Below, piece after piece: positions 1 through 9,897 of a stretch of 57,762 nucleotides of DNA. Below the pieces are notes generated by a model. That model was not told the DNA's origin, made no database searches, and was given only the letters and a program-made list of their open reading frames with translations. Origin of the DNA: Nitrospirota bacterium. GTDB taxonomy: Bacteria > Nitrospirota > UBA9217. How positions within the stretch are numbered: position 1 is the first letter of the stretch; the number at the start of each line of letters is the position of its first letter. The stretch is taken from positions 1 through 57,762 of the forward strand of contig CAVWHO010000009.1 of the NCBI GenBank assembly GCA_963754875.1, read 5' to 3'. The position numbers were made by a program, and so were the translations under genes.

Positions 1-6
1 CCCCAG

Positions 7-1306
7 TTGCTTCATAATTAAATGTTACCGGAAGATAGTAAGTAGGTATAGGTTCAGTTTTACGGTTTGAAGATCTTTTTAAGCTTAACCTCCAAGACTT
101 TTCTCAGTTCAAATGGGTTTAGCGTTTTATATTGTTCTTTGAGTTTGCGCTTTGTTTCATCGGAGACATTGGGAGACTCCAAGATTCTCCGATAAGGGGT
201 TTTGGGCTTATCATAGCGTTTCACGATCTTTGAGGCAACTCGTTTCTTTTCCAGCAGCTTTACCGAAGGACAGAAGAAGTTCAGAAACAGCCTCCACTCT
301 GTGTGTAGAGCTCATTCATGAGAGGAACAACCTCCGGAGAGTCCAAGCGATCGTAGCCAATCCATTGTCTCACATGGGTCCAGTTCTTCTGCTCGATATG
401 AGCATTATCGTCTTTTTTGTAGGCACGGCTTCGGGTAAATTGAACCGGCCGGACCCTGTTCTCGGTCAGATAACGAAGCAGGTGATGGTTTAAGAACTCC
501 GTACCGTTGTCCGTATCAAAGCCCAGGATCGGGAACGGCAGGGATTGTTCGATATCCTTGATCTGGTCAATGACACCCTGATAGTTTTTGCCCCAAACAG
601 CGCGCTGCTCGGTCCAGCCGGTGGCGATGTCCACGCAATCGACGGTATTGGCGTACATACCCTCTGTAGAGCTTCCGCAGTGGGCTACAGTATCGGCTTC
701 GAGGAAGCCTGGCCGGGATTCATCCCATTGATTGGTTTTGACCTGGATATGCTTTCTTAAGAGCGTACCCGGTTTGGTTGTGGCCCTGCCGTGCTTGGTA
801 TACTGTGCACGGACCGGGTTCAATATCCTATCGATGCTCGAAGGAGATATTTTGAGCAGGGCCACTGCCGTCACCTCCGAGATCGGGCCATAGGTCTTGA
901 TATATCCCGGCAGCCATTCAGGGAGGATGGCTTTCAGGCGCTTTGAGCATGGCAGATTTGCTGTCTTCCAGATGCGTTTCAAGGGAAGTAGAAGCGTTTC
1001 AGCGTCATAGACCCGTTTTCTGCCTCGCTTAGCCGGAACCTTTTGAGTAAATCGCCGAAAGGTCCGCAGAAGCCTGAGAGCATGTTTTCGGTGATATCCG
1101 CAGGCTAAACAGAACTCGTTCAGGATCGTTGTCTTTATCTGCCGGGAGGCGGCCCGGTACCGTTTAACGATTGCGGCCAGATACTCTCGTTTTGATCGTG
1201 GGCTCATCAGAACTAACCCTCCTTTTGGGGTATAGTTCCGGTAACATGCATTATGAGTCAACGATACTTTTCAAAATGCGCTTGGGTAACATTTATTGTG
1301 AGTCAA
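7..1306 (-). mobile_element. Insertion sequence with DDE/integrase-core transposase (ISNCY-like); exact ends uncertain
   Basis: Transposase ORF bracketed by a related motif: GGTAACATGCATTATGAGTCAA (1240-1261), GGTAACATTTATTGTGAGTCAA (1285-1306) and an inverted copy at 7-33 (reverse complement TTCCGGTAACATTTAATTATGAAGCAA). Confidence 0.7.
60..1207 (-). pseudogene. DDE integrase-core transposase, frameshifted near 300
   Basis: Motifs GFLEADTVAHCG, FDTDNGTEF, FTRSRAYKKDDNAHIEQKN. The ORF stops at 281, but the shifted frame continues EWRLFLNFFCPSVKLLEKKRVASKIVKRYDKPKTPYRRIL to TAA at 60-62. ATG at 1207 has an RBS (GGAGG). Confidence 0.8.
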
Positions 1307-1402
1307 TTCGAACCCGCATTTTGCCTTGATTTTCCCCTGATTACCCGTATATAATGTCACTTCTCGGCGAAATTTTGCCGGACACTGAGGTATAATCGAA
1401 CC

Positions 1403-1636
1403 ATGGCGGAAAAAAAATTCGAAGCATCGCTGACGCGGCTCGAAGACATCGTGCAGGAGCTGGAGAAGGGAGACGTCGGGCTTGAGCAGTCGCTGAAACT
1501 GTTCGAGGAAGGGATCAAGCTTTCCCGCATCTGCACGAAACGGCTCGAAGATGCCGAGCGCAGGGTGGAGATACTGCTCAAGGACAAGGCCGGGAACATG
1601 GTTGCGCAGCCTTTCGAAGAAGAGGAAGAGGAATAA
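1403..1636 (+). CDS. xseB: Exodeoxyribonuclease VII small subunit
   Basis: FEASLTRLEDIVQELE...LEQSLKLFEEGIKL; canonical position upstream of ispA-dxs. Confidence 0.95.
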   Translation: MAEKKFEASLTRLEDIVQELEKGDVGLEQSLKLFEEGIKLSRICTKRLEDAERRVEILLKDKAGNMVAQPFEEEEEE

Positions 1637-1648
1637 GCCCGAACAACT

Positions 1649-2538
1649 ATGGACATCAAACTCTATCTTGCAAAGAAAAAAGACACGTGGACAAGGCGCT
1701 CGAAAAGCTCGTGCCGCCTGCGCAGACGTTTCCCCTTTCCGTGCACGAGGCGATGCGCTACAGCCTCTTTGGCGGCGGGAAGCGGGTCAGGCCGATCCTC
1801 GCCATTGCCGCTGCCGAAGCAATCGGCGCGAAGACCGCGGACCTTCTGCCTGTCGCAGGCTCGCTCGAACTGATCCATACCTATTCGCTGATCCATGACG
1901 ACCTTCCTGCCATGGACGACGACGACTTCCGGCGCGGCAGGGCCACGTGCCACAAGGTGTACGGCGAGGCCATTGCCATTCTCGCGGGAGACGGGCTCCT
2001 GAACATGGCCTTCGAAGTGCTGTCCGATCCCCGCAGGCTCAAGGCGATTCCCGCGAACAGGCTCATTGCCATTATCAAGGAGATTTCCACGGCATCAGGC
2101 GTATTCGGTATGATCGGCGGCCAGGTCGTCGACATGGAATCGGAAAACAAGGACGTTGATTTCCCCACCCTCGAATATATCCACACGCACAAGACCGGCG
2201 CGCTCATCAGGGCATCCGTCCGGGTCGGCGCGCTCTATGGAAAGGCCGGCAAGCGGCAGTTTACGGCGCTGACCCATTACGGCGAGATGGTCGGCCTCGC
2301 GTTCCAGATCGCCGATGACATCCTGGACATCACCGGCACCGAGGAAGAGATCGGCAAAGACGTGGGAAGCGATATCAAAAAAGGAAAGAAAACCTTCCCG
2401 AGTTTTTACGGCCTCGAAGAGTCGCGCGCACGGGCCCATGAGGTCGCTGATAAGGCCGTCCATGCGCTCAAAGACTTTGACCGCAAGGCAGACCCGCTCC
2501 GCGAGCTCGCGAAGTATATCGTGAACAGGGTGAATTAA
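1649..2538 (+). CDS. ispA: Polyprenyl (farnesyl/geranylgeranyl) diphosphate synthase, apparent 1-nt frameshift near 1676-1687
   Basis: GGKRVRP, SLIHDDLPAMDDDDFRRG and FQIADDILD motifs in 1687..2538. The expected N-terminus MDIKLYLAKKK begins at 1649 in another frame. Confidence 0.9.
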
Positions 2539-2540
2539 AT

Positions 2541-2615
2541 GGGCAAGGGGCATGTAGCAAGTAGCATGGAAAACGGTTTGCTTTAACCTTGCTGCTTGAC
2601 CCTTGCTACATTCTT
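2541..2615. repeat. Inverted arrays of degenerate 7-bp repeats
   Basis: GGGCAAG GGGCATG TAGCAAG TAGCATG (2541-2568) facing CTTGCTG CTTGACC CTTGCTA CATTCTT (2588-2615). Confidence 0.7.
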
Positions 2616-2626
2616 GTGAGGTATCC

Positions 2627-4549
2627 ATGATTCTCGACAAAGTAAACAGTGCAAATGACCTGCGCAACCTTCCCCAGGAAGAGCTGCCGAAGCTCGCTCA
2701 AGAGGTGCGGCAGGAGATCCTCGATGTCGTGTCGAAGACCGGCGGCCATTTCGCATCGAGCCTCGGCGTGGTCGACCTGACGATTGCCCTGCACTATGCC
2801 TTTGATACGCCGAACGACCGCATCGTCTGGGACGTGGGCCATCAGGCCTACGCGCACAAGATCCTGACCGGGCGGCGCGCGCAGTTCGCGACCCTTCGCC
2901 AGTTCGGCGGCCTGAGCGGGTTCCCCAAGCGCGACGAGAGCCCCTGCGACCATTTTGACGTGGGCCACGCGAGCACGTCCATATCCGCCGCGCTCGGCAT
3001 AGCAGCGGCCCGGGACATCAAAGGCGAGAATTACCGCGTCATCGCCGTGATCGGGGACGGCTCCATCTCGGCCGGGCTCGCCTTCGAGGGTATGAACCAG
3101 GCAGGTCATCTCAAGAAGAACCTTGTGGTGATCCTGAACGACAACGAAATGTCCATCGCGCCGAACGTGGGGGCGCTTTCGTCCTACCTCAGCAGGATGT
3201 TGACGGGGCACTTTTATACCAAATTGCGCCAGGATGCCAAGCATTTCCTGCAGGGCATTCCGAAGGTCGGCGGGTCCATGTTCAACCTGGCGAAGAGGGC
3301 CGAAGATTCCATCAAAGGCCTTATGGTGCCGGGCATGCTGTTCGAGGACCTGGGGTTCCAGTATATCGGGCCGATCGACGGGCACAACATCGATCACCTG
3401 CTCGAGACGTTCGAGAACATCAAAGAGTACACCTGGCCGGTCCTGGTCCATGTGATCACGAAAAAGGGCAAAGGCTGCGAGTTCGCGGAGTGCAATCCGA
3501 CCCAGTATCACGGCATCCCGCCTTTTGACCCGGCTACCGGAAAAACCGCGGCCAAGAAGCAGTCCATCGCAAGCTACACCGAAGTCTTCGGCCGGACCAT
3601 GATCAGGCTTGCGGAGGAGAACGATAAGCTCGTCGCGATCTCCGCGGCCATGTCGGAAGGGACGGGGCTCGACAAATTCGCCGAGCATTTTCCCGGCCGG
3701 TTCTTCGACGTCGGCATTGCCGAACCCCACGGAATAACGTTCGCCTGCGGTCTGGCCGTCGAGGGGCTCCATCCGGTCGCGGCCATTTATTCCACGTTCA
3801 CGCAGCGCGCCTATGATCAGGTCGTGCACGACCTCTGCATGCAAAATCTACCGGTAACGCTCGCCCTTGATCGCGCCGGACTCGTCGGTGAAGACGGCCC
3901 GACCCATCACGGCGTGTTCGATATCGCCTATCTCCGCCACGTGCCGAACATGGTGGTGATGGCGCCCAAGGACGAGAACGAGTTCCAGCACATGATCAAG
4001 ACGGCAGTCGAGCATCCCGGCCCCACGGCCGTGCGGTATCCCCGCGGCATCGGGTGCGGCGTTCCCATGGACCAGGAACTCAAGACCCTGGCGATCGGCA
4101 AAGCCCAGCTGATCAAGGACGGGAATGAGGCCGTGATCGTTGCCATCGGCAACATGGTCTGCCCGTCTATCGAGGCCGCAAAAAAACTTGCCGAAGAGGG
4201 GATTGCTGTTGCTGTTTTGAACGCCCGCTTCGTGAAGCCCCTTGATAAAGAGCTCATTATCTCGTTTGCAAAGAAGACCGGCAGGGTGATTACCGTTGAA
4301 GAACATGCCTTGCTGGGCGGCTTCGGAAGTGCTGTACTCGAATGCCTTGATGCGAACGGAGTGACCGGGATCAAGACGCACCGGATCGGGCTGCCGGATG
4401 CCTACATCGAACACGGAGCGCAGAAAGTGCTGAGGCAGAAGTACGGTCTCGATGCAGAAGGCATTTACGCGTCAGTCAAGGAGTTTATTGAAAGGTCCCG
4501 ATTAAAAGCAGTTGCAACAGTCGCGCCGCTTCGGACACGGGACGCGTAA
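2627..4549 (+). CDS. dxs: 1-deoxy-D-xylulose-5-phosphate synthase
   Basis: [28 protein letters not shown] motif GDG...[25 protein letters not shown] at 2627 follows GAGG. Confidence 0.97.
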   Translation: MILDKVNSANDLRNLPQEELPKLAQEVRQEILDVVSKTGGHFASSLGVVDLTIALHYAFDTPNDRIVWDVGHQAYAHKILTGRRAQFATLRQFGGLSGFPKRDESPCDHFDVGHASTSISAALGIAAARDIKGENYRVIAVIGDGSISAGLAFEGMNQAGHLKKNLVVILNDNEMSIAPNVGALSSYLSRMLTGHFYTKLRQDAKHFLQGIPKVGGSMFNLAKRAEDSIKGLMVPGMLFEDLGFQYIGPIDGHNIDHLLETFENIKEYTWPVLVHVITKKGKGCEFAECNPTQYHGIPPFDPATGKTAAKKQSIASYTEVFGRTMIRLAEENDKLVAISAAMSEGTGLDKFAEHFPGRFFDVGIAEPHGITFACGLAVEGLHPVAAIYSTFTQRAYDQVVHDLCMQNLPVTLALDRAGLVGEDGPTHHGVFDIAYLRHVPNMVVMAPKDENEFQHMIKTAVEHPGPTAVRYPRGIGCGVPMDQELKTLAIGKAQLIKDGNEAVIVAIGNMVCPSIEAAKKLAEEGIAVAVLNARFVKPLDKELIISFAKKTGRVITVEEHALLGGFGSAVLECLDANGVTGIKTHRIGLPDAYIEHGAQKVLRQKYGLDAEGIYASVKEFIERSRLKAVATVAPLRTRDA

Positions 4550-4633
4550 TAGGGTGCAGGGTACGACTTTGCGCGAGTAACTGCCCTTTCTGGGATGAAG
4601 TAAACAGCGGAAGAGCGTTTTCCCAATTCCTGA

Positions 4634-5266
4634 TTACGGAGATTTCCGCTTGTCCTCCTGCTTCATTTCATACCCATACCCGCCGGACTTGATATCAACG
4701 AGCTTTCCGTTCCTGAACGTCAGTATCCGCACGAACCGGTTGGACCCGAGATTGTAGGTCCATTCTTCAATAGTCACGAATACATTCCGCTCCAGTCCTG
4801 AATCGAGTTTTTGTTTTTCCTCTTCCTGTTTTGTGTCTTTCCACGTCGGGTCGCCGCACTTGGCGAGCACATCGCTTTTTGAATCTCCAACGGACACGAT
4901 CTGTTCGCTGCATTCGCGCTGACCCGGCGTTGCACCTTTGCTGTACCCGTAGTTGCCGGCCCGTAGGGACGCAACCTTGCCGTTCTTCAGCGTAACGATG
5001 CGCATGAACTGGGTCGGCCCGAAATTGTACGTCCACTCTTCAACGGTAATGAAGAGCTTACGCCTCGCGCCGTCGTCGAGCCGGTCGATGAGTTCTTCGT
5101 CGTGCGATTCCTTCGCATCGGGCTCGCCGCACTTCATGAGCACGTCCACCCGTGAATCGCCCACAGATATGATCCCTCCGCTGCAGTCGAGCGTGGCGGC
5201 CTGAATCGCCGAGCAGGGAACGATCAAGGCCGCTAGAAAGAAGAGCAACCTCACCGATTTGTTCAT
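4634..5266 (-). CDS. Secreted protein with two tandem DUF2845-like domains
   Basis: Signal peptide, then two repeats of C...SVGDS..DVL.KCG.P...EEWTYN.G...F.RI.T..NGK. Confidence 0.8.
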   Translation of the reverse strand: MNKSVRLLFFLAALIVPCSAIQAATLDCSGGIISVGDSRVDVLMKCGEPDAKESHDEELIDRLDDGARRKLFITVEEWTYNFGPTQFMRIVTLKNGKVASLRAGNYGYSKGATPGQRECSEQIVSVGDSKSDVLAKCGDPTWKDTKQEEEKQKLDSGLERNVFVTIEEWTYNLGSNRFVRILTFRNGKLVDIKSGGYGYEMKQEDKRKSP

Positions 5267-5419
5267 AATCCCGTGCCTCCTTTTTTTGTCCGTCGATATA
5301 CAGACACTTGAATGTATTTATAGTTTATCGGAGACGGCGACAAACGTCAATGCAGGCTTTCCTCATGAAAGCTCGTTGACAGCTTGTATCTTATCTGGTA
5401 GGCTCGCAGTACGGAATGT

Positions 5420-6181
5420 ATGACGGGAAAAGAGAAAAATAAAGTGAAAAAACTCCGCCTCGACCTCCTGCTCGCGGAGCGAGGCCTCGCCGAGAGCCGC
5501 GAAAAGGCTCAGGCGATCATCTTTGCCGGTCAGGTGCTCGTGAACGGCCAGAAGCAGGACAAGGCAGGAGCAATTGTTCCGGAGGACGCCGAGATCCGCA
5601 TCCTCGGTGAAACGCTGCGATATGTGGGCCGCGGGGGGCTGAAACTTGAGGCGGCCTTGAAAGAGTTTGCTGTACTTGTTCTTGGGAAGACTGCGCTCGA
5701 TGTGGGCGCGTCCACGGGCGGATTTACGGACTGCCTGCTCCAGCACGGCGCGCAAAAAGTCTATGCCGTTGACGTGGGCTACGGCCAATTGGCATGGAAA
5801 CTCCGGCAGGACCCGCGTGTTGTGGTCATCGAACGTGTGAATATCCGCGACTTGTCTTCGTCACTCGTTCCCGAACCTGTCGATCTGGCAGTCATCGACG
5901 TCTCGTTCATTTCCCTTGAAAAGGTCATTCCCCCGGTCCTGAATTTTCTCAAGCCTGCTGCGGAGATTGTCGCGCTCATCAAGCCGCAGTTCGAAGTCGG
6001 GAGAGAACAGGTCGGCAAAGGCGGTATCGTGCGCGATGAGGCCGCGAGGACGACGGCGGTGAAGAAAGTCGAGGACTTTATCCGCGGACTCGGGTTCGAG
6101 GTGAAGGGGATCATTCCATCGCCGATCACGGGGCAGGACGGGAACGTGGAGTTCTTGATTTATGCAAACAAACACAGATAA
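5420..6181 (+). CDS. tlyA: TlyA family rRNA (cytidine-2'-O)-methyltransferase
   Basis: S4 domain (RLDLLL..RGL), GRGGLKL, LDVGASTGGFTD, DVSFISL, LIKPQFE. Confidence 0.95.
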   Translation: MTGKEKNKVKKLRLDLLLAERGLAESREKAQAIIFAGQVLVNGQKQDKAGAIVPEDAEIRILGETLRYVGRGGLKLEAALKEFAVLVLGKTALDVGASTGGFTDCLLQHGAQKVYAVDVGYGQLAWKLRQDPRVVVIERVNIRDLSSSLVPEPVDLAVIDVSFISLEKVIPPVLNFLKPAAEIVALIKPQFEVGREQVGKGGIVRDEAARTTAVKKVEDFIRGLGFEVKGIIPSPITGQDGNVEFLIYANKHR

Positions 6182-6452
6182 GTACTCGCGGCAGTTTATC
6201 CTTCCTTTACAATCCCAGTTATGAGAAGCATTTCCGGACTTTACCAATTCGAAATCAACCTATGATCAGTCATTAATAGTTGCAGCACGCATTTATTTGC
6301 TACAATAGTGGTAAGAGTATTTCCTGAGCACAGCATGGCACAAAAGTGAAGAAAGATGCAGTCTCGAACCTGAGCATAAAATGTTATCTCCGAGAACAAT
6401 GAGTGCAGTCAGCATTGTTCATCAGTGGCCACACATCTGACAGGATGAGACC

Positions 6453-8339
6453 ATGATAGCCAGAATGTCGAAGGTCGAGATTGTCGGACCGAAGGGCTGT
6501 TTGCAGGATGTCATTCAGCTCCTGCAAAAGCTCAATGTCCTTCAAATCGAACCGGAGCCGACGGAACTCGCGGAAGAGGAAGCAGGAGAGGAAAAACTCA
6601 GGCCCTTTCTTCACGATGAGCGGGAGAGGACCCTTTTTGAGCGTCTTTTCCTGGACGATTTGCGCCGCAAGATCGACGAGCTCATTTCGTATCTTCCCAA
6701 GATGTCGGTGAGGACAAGCTATATCCAGCCGCAATCGATCATCGGAACTATTCTTTATACGGTCGAGAAACACCTCAAGACCGCCAGAACGCTCCACGCA
6801 CGAAAGTTGGAGATCAAGCAGGAAATGGCGGAACACGGCCACTTTGCCGCATTCCTGAACACCCTCGATGCTCTCCTGAAAGAGACCCATACACCGCCTG
6901 ATTTCGATATCATCGGGCTCACCATCAAGGACGCGAGCGCGGTAGACCATGTGCGTTCGCTCGTGGCGAAGATGACGGGTGGGAATTTCAGATTTTTCAC
7001 GGTCCCGACCGGAGACGGCACGCTCGCGGGGATGATCACCATTGAAAAGAGCATCGCCGAATCAGTGAGCAAGGGGTTGAGCAGAGAGCATGTCCCTGAG
7101 GTGAGTTTTCCTCCGGATTTCGATAACCTTTCCCTTTCCGGGAAAATCAGCTATCTCGAAGCCCAAACCTATACGTTGTCCAGGGAGATCGAAACGATCG
7201 ACAGGGAACTTGAAGAACTGGGGCGGCGCTGGATTCCTCTGTACCGCAACGTTCTGGGTTGGATCGATGAGCGCATCTCGCTGCTTACGACCACGGCAAC
7301 GATCTATCGGACGCAGATGTGTTTTTATGTCCGGGGCTGGATGCCCACGGACGACGTGGGAAGGTTGAAGGCGCAGCTGGATGCGTCATTCGGCATGCAG
7401 GTGGTCATTGAGGAAAAGCATGTTCGCGAAAAAGAGCTCGAGCATGCCCCGATCGTTCTGACGAACCCGCCCTACTTCAAGCCCTTTGAACTTCTGAGCC
7501 GAATGCTTCCACTTCCGGCATACACGTCTATCGACACGACGCCCTACATCGGCATTTTCTTTCCCATATTCTTCGGCATGATTCTCGGCGACGCGGGGTA
7601 CGGCCTGATCCTTGCGGTACTGTCGTTCGTTCTCGTCAGGAAGTTCGCAAAAAACAGGGACGTTGTTGATGCGTCCAAAATACTCCTCGTGTCATCACTG
7701 TATACGATATTGTTCGGGTTGCTCTACGGTGAACTGTTCGGCGATCTCGGTATGAGGCTTTTCGGCCTTAAACCGCTTCTGATCGAGCGGCGGACGTCGG
7801 TGGTGCCCATGATGGTATTCGCGATCTCGGCAGGCGTGGTGCATATCCTTTTGGGGCTGGTGCTGGGCGTCATAACGGCCTTCAAGAAACATATCCGGAA
7901 GGAGGCGATCTATAAACTCCTGAACATCGCTGTTCTCTTCGGTATGATTGCCGTGTTCGGCTCTTTTTTCGGGTACTTTCCCGCGCTGCTTTCGAAGCCT
8001 ATCATCATCGCGATCCTGATAGCTGTCCCGTTCCTGTTTTTTTTCGGCGGTCTTCTGGCGCCGCTTGAACTCCTTAAGAGCATCGGGAACATCATTTCCT
8101 ATGTCAGGATCATGGCCATCGGCCTCACGTCGGTCCTGCTTGCATACGTGGCAAACCAACTAGCGGGAGAAATGGGGAATGTTGTTCTCGGAGTGGCGGT
8201 TGCCGCACTGCTTCACATCCTCAATATTATCCTCGGCGTGTTCTCACCGACGATTCATTCCCTCAGGCTCCATTACGTAGAGTTCTTCAGCAAGTTTGTG
8301 GAAAGCGGAGGGAAAAAGTTCGAGCCTCTTGGGAAGTAA
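6453..8339 (+). CDS. V/A-type ATP synthase subunit I (a)
   Basis: MSKVEIVG start, soluble N-half, FFGMILGDAGYG, ISYVRIMAIGL with the conserved Arg, HSLRLHYVEFFSKF. Confidence 0.9.
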   Translation: MIARMSKVEIVGPKGCLQDVIQLLQKLNVLQIEPEPTELAEEEAGEEKLRPFLHDERERTLFERLFLDDLRRKIDELISYLPKMSVRTSYIQPQSIIGTILYTVEKHLKTARTLHARKLEIKQEMAEHGHFAAFLNTLDALLKETHTPPDFDIIGLTIKDASAVDHVRSLVAKMTGGNFRFFTVPTGDGTLAGMITIEKSIAESVSKGLSREHVPEVSFPPDFDNLSLSGKISYLEAQTYTLSREIETIDRELEELGRRWIPLYRNVLGWIDERISLLTTTATIYRTQMCFYVRGWMPTDDVGRLKAQLDASFGMQVVIEEKHVREKELEHAPIVLTNPPYFKPFELLSRMLPLPAYTSIDTTPYIGIFFPIFFGMILGDAGYGLILAVLSFVLVRKFAKNRDVVDASKILLVSSLYTILFGLLYGELFGDLGMRLFGLKPLLIERRTSVVPMMVFAISAGVVHILLGLVLGVITAFKKHIRKEAIYKLLNIAVLFGMIAVFGSFFGYFPALLSKPIIIAILIAVPFLFFFGGLLAPLELLKSIGNIISYVRIMAIGLTSVLLAYVANQLAGEMGNVVLGVAVAALLHILNIILGVFSPTIHSLRLHYVEFFSKFVESGGKKFEPLGK

Positions 8340-8371
8340 GAAGTAGGAAAGAATAAAGAAGTGAGAAGCGC

Positions 8372-9163
8372 TCAGCCAGCCGTCATCCGACTTGCGAATT
8401 CCTCTCCCAGTACGACGATCGATTCAATATCCAGATAACGCGGGGCTGTCTTGTCCAGCAACAGCTTGCACTGGGCGGGGAAATTTTCTTCCAATACTGA
8501 GTCATAGAACAGGAGCAGTACGGGATAATGAGGGAAAAACCGGAATTCGAAAGCAGCGTCGTGATTGCCGCTGATGCTTGCGGGAACCCCGCCGAATTTT
8601 TCACAAGCAGCCTTGAGGGCGTCGATCCTGCCGTCGAAGTGCTTCGCGATCACGTCCTCGACGTGTCCTGCCCAGGCCTTGTCCTTTGCGTGAGATGCCG
8701 GTACGGAGCTGAACGTTATCCACTCACCCAGGGGCGCAGGCGGGTCGGGCATGCAGAGATGGTTGTAAATGAGGATAGAGATAAAGGGCTCCGGTTGTCT
8801 GCCCGACGCGTCCACGATCTTTTCTTTCGTTACCGCATATCTCTCGTTGAGAAACATGATCTCGAGGCTGTCGGGGCCGGTCAGGTCAGCTCCGAAAAGC
8901 GCGGCCGTCTTGCCGAAATCCAATGCCTGGACCCTGGGCTGCAGCGCTCTCAGCGACTGCTCGAAGACCGTTCCCTGTTCGCCCCCCTGTCCCGCATCGG
9001 CCTCGCGGAGGGCTTCTTTCGCAGCGTCGCTCATGGTCAGACAATCGTCAGGCGAGGCCTGATGTGAGGCCAGCTTCGCGGCAAATCCGAAGCAGCTCGA
9101 CAAACCGCACGACCCGCAATTGGTTTTCGGAAGGAGTTTGTAAATCTCCACAGCAGTCTTCAT
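8372..9163 (-). CDS. AcsC-type N-terminal Fe-S domain plus DUF3786-like domain protein
   Basis: EIYKLLPKTNCGSCGLSSCFGFA...C cysteine motif; C-terminal ENFPAQCKLLLD...YLDIESI resembles DUF3786. ATG at 9163 preferred. Confidence 0.75.
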   Translation of the reverse strand: MKTAVEIYKLLPKTNCGSCGLSSCFGFAAKLASHQASPDDCLTMSDAAKEALREADAGQGGEQGTVFEQSLRALQPRVQALDFGKTAALFGADLTGPDSLEIMFLNERYAVTKEKIVDASGRQPEPFISILIYNHLCMPDPPAPLGEWITFSSVPASHAKDKAWAGHVEDVIAKHFDGRIDALKAACEKFGGVPASISGNHDAAFEFRFFPHYPVLLLFYDSVLEENFPAQCKLLLDKTAPRYLDIESIVVLGEEFASRMTAG

Positions 9164-9339
9164 AATAAACAAGTTAACGCTTTTCAGTATGGCTGTCAAA
9201 TGCAAACGAATATTGCCAGGGACCCGCAACGCCGGGCCAAGCAACATCGCTGGATCTTGACGGTTGACATTGCTTATGACCGGCTGTTAAAATTAAGATT
9301 ATCACAGCAGGACAAGCAGGACCGCAAGGAGTTATTGTC

Positions 9340-9756
9340 ATGGAATGGACCGAAACGTTGGCCACAGGCATCAAAACGATCGACAGCCAGCATAAAGAGC
9401 TGTTCAAGAGGATCAACAACCTCGTGCTCGCCATCAAAGAACATCGCTGCAAAGCGGAGATCGACAGCACCTTGAAATTTCTCGACGATTACGCGCGGGT
9501 CCATTTTGCCGAGGAAGAAAAACATATGCGGGAAACGAATTACACCGGCCTGCCGCAGCAACGTGAGGACCATAAGAAATATCTGGCGGCGTTGGCAGAA
9601 CTCAAGGAGCAGGCCTCCCAACCCCGCATTCAGGGAAGCTCCTATGATCTGTCGGCGACAACGAACCAGGTGGTTGTTGACTGGATCGTGGACCACATCA
9701 TTAAAGTGGACAGGAAATTCGGCGAGTTTCTCAAAACGCAGGGGAAAGAGTATTGA
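9340..9756 (+). CDS. Bacteriohemerythrin
   Basis: MEWTETLATGIKTIDSQHKELF, HFAEEE, W..DHIIKVD; GGAG RBS. Confidence 0.9.
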   Translation: MEWTETLATGIKTIDSQHKELFKRINNLVLAIKEHRCKAEIDSTLKFLDDYARVHFAEEEKHMRETNYTGLPQQREDHKKYLAALAELKEQASQPRIQGSSYDLSATTNQVVVDWIVDHIIKVDRKFGEFLKTQGKEY

Positions 9757-9763
9757 GGGTAGT

Positions 9764-9897
9764 GTGGAATTCGGATTGCGGAATGCGGAATGAAAGACGA
9801 GATGGGGAAATGCCAGATACTGTTCCACCAGTTTGCCGGTTATTCATTGCACGTTCATTTTTATTCCAAATTTCGCATTCATCATTCCGCATTCGTC
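9764..9897. repeat. Inverted arrays of degenerate 7-bp repeats (GCGGAAT / ATTCCGC)
   Basis: GTGGAAT TCGGATT GCGGAAT GCGGAAT (9764-9791) facing ATTCCAA ATTTCGC ATTCATC ATTCCGC ATTCGTC (9863-9897). Confidence 0.75.

Noticed and set aside
9764..9897. Possible CRISPR array or mini-array
   Set aside because: Units are 7 bp and contiguous, with no spacers and no cas genes in the window.
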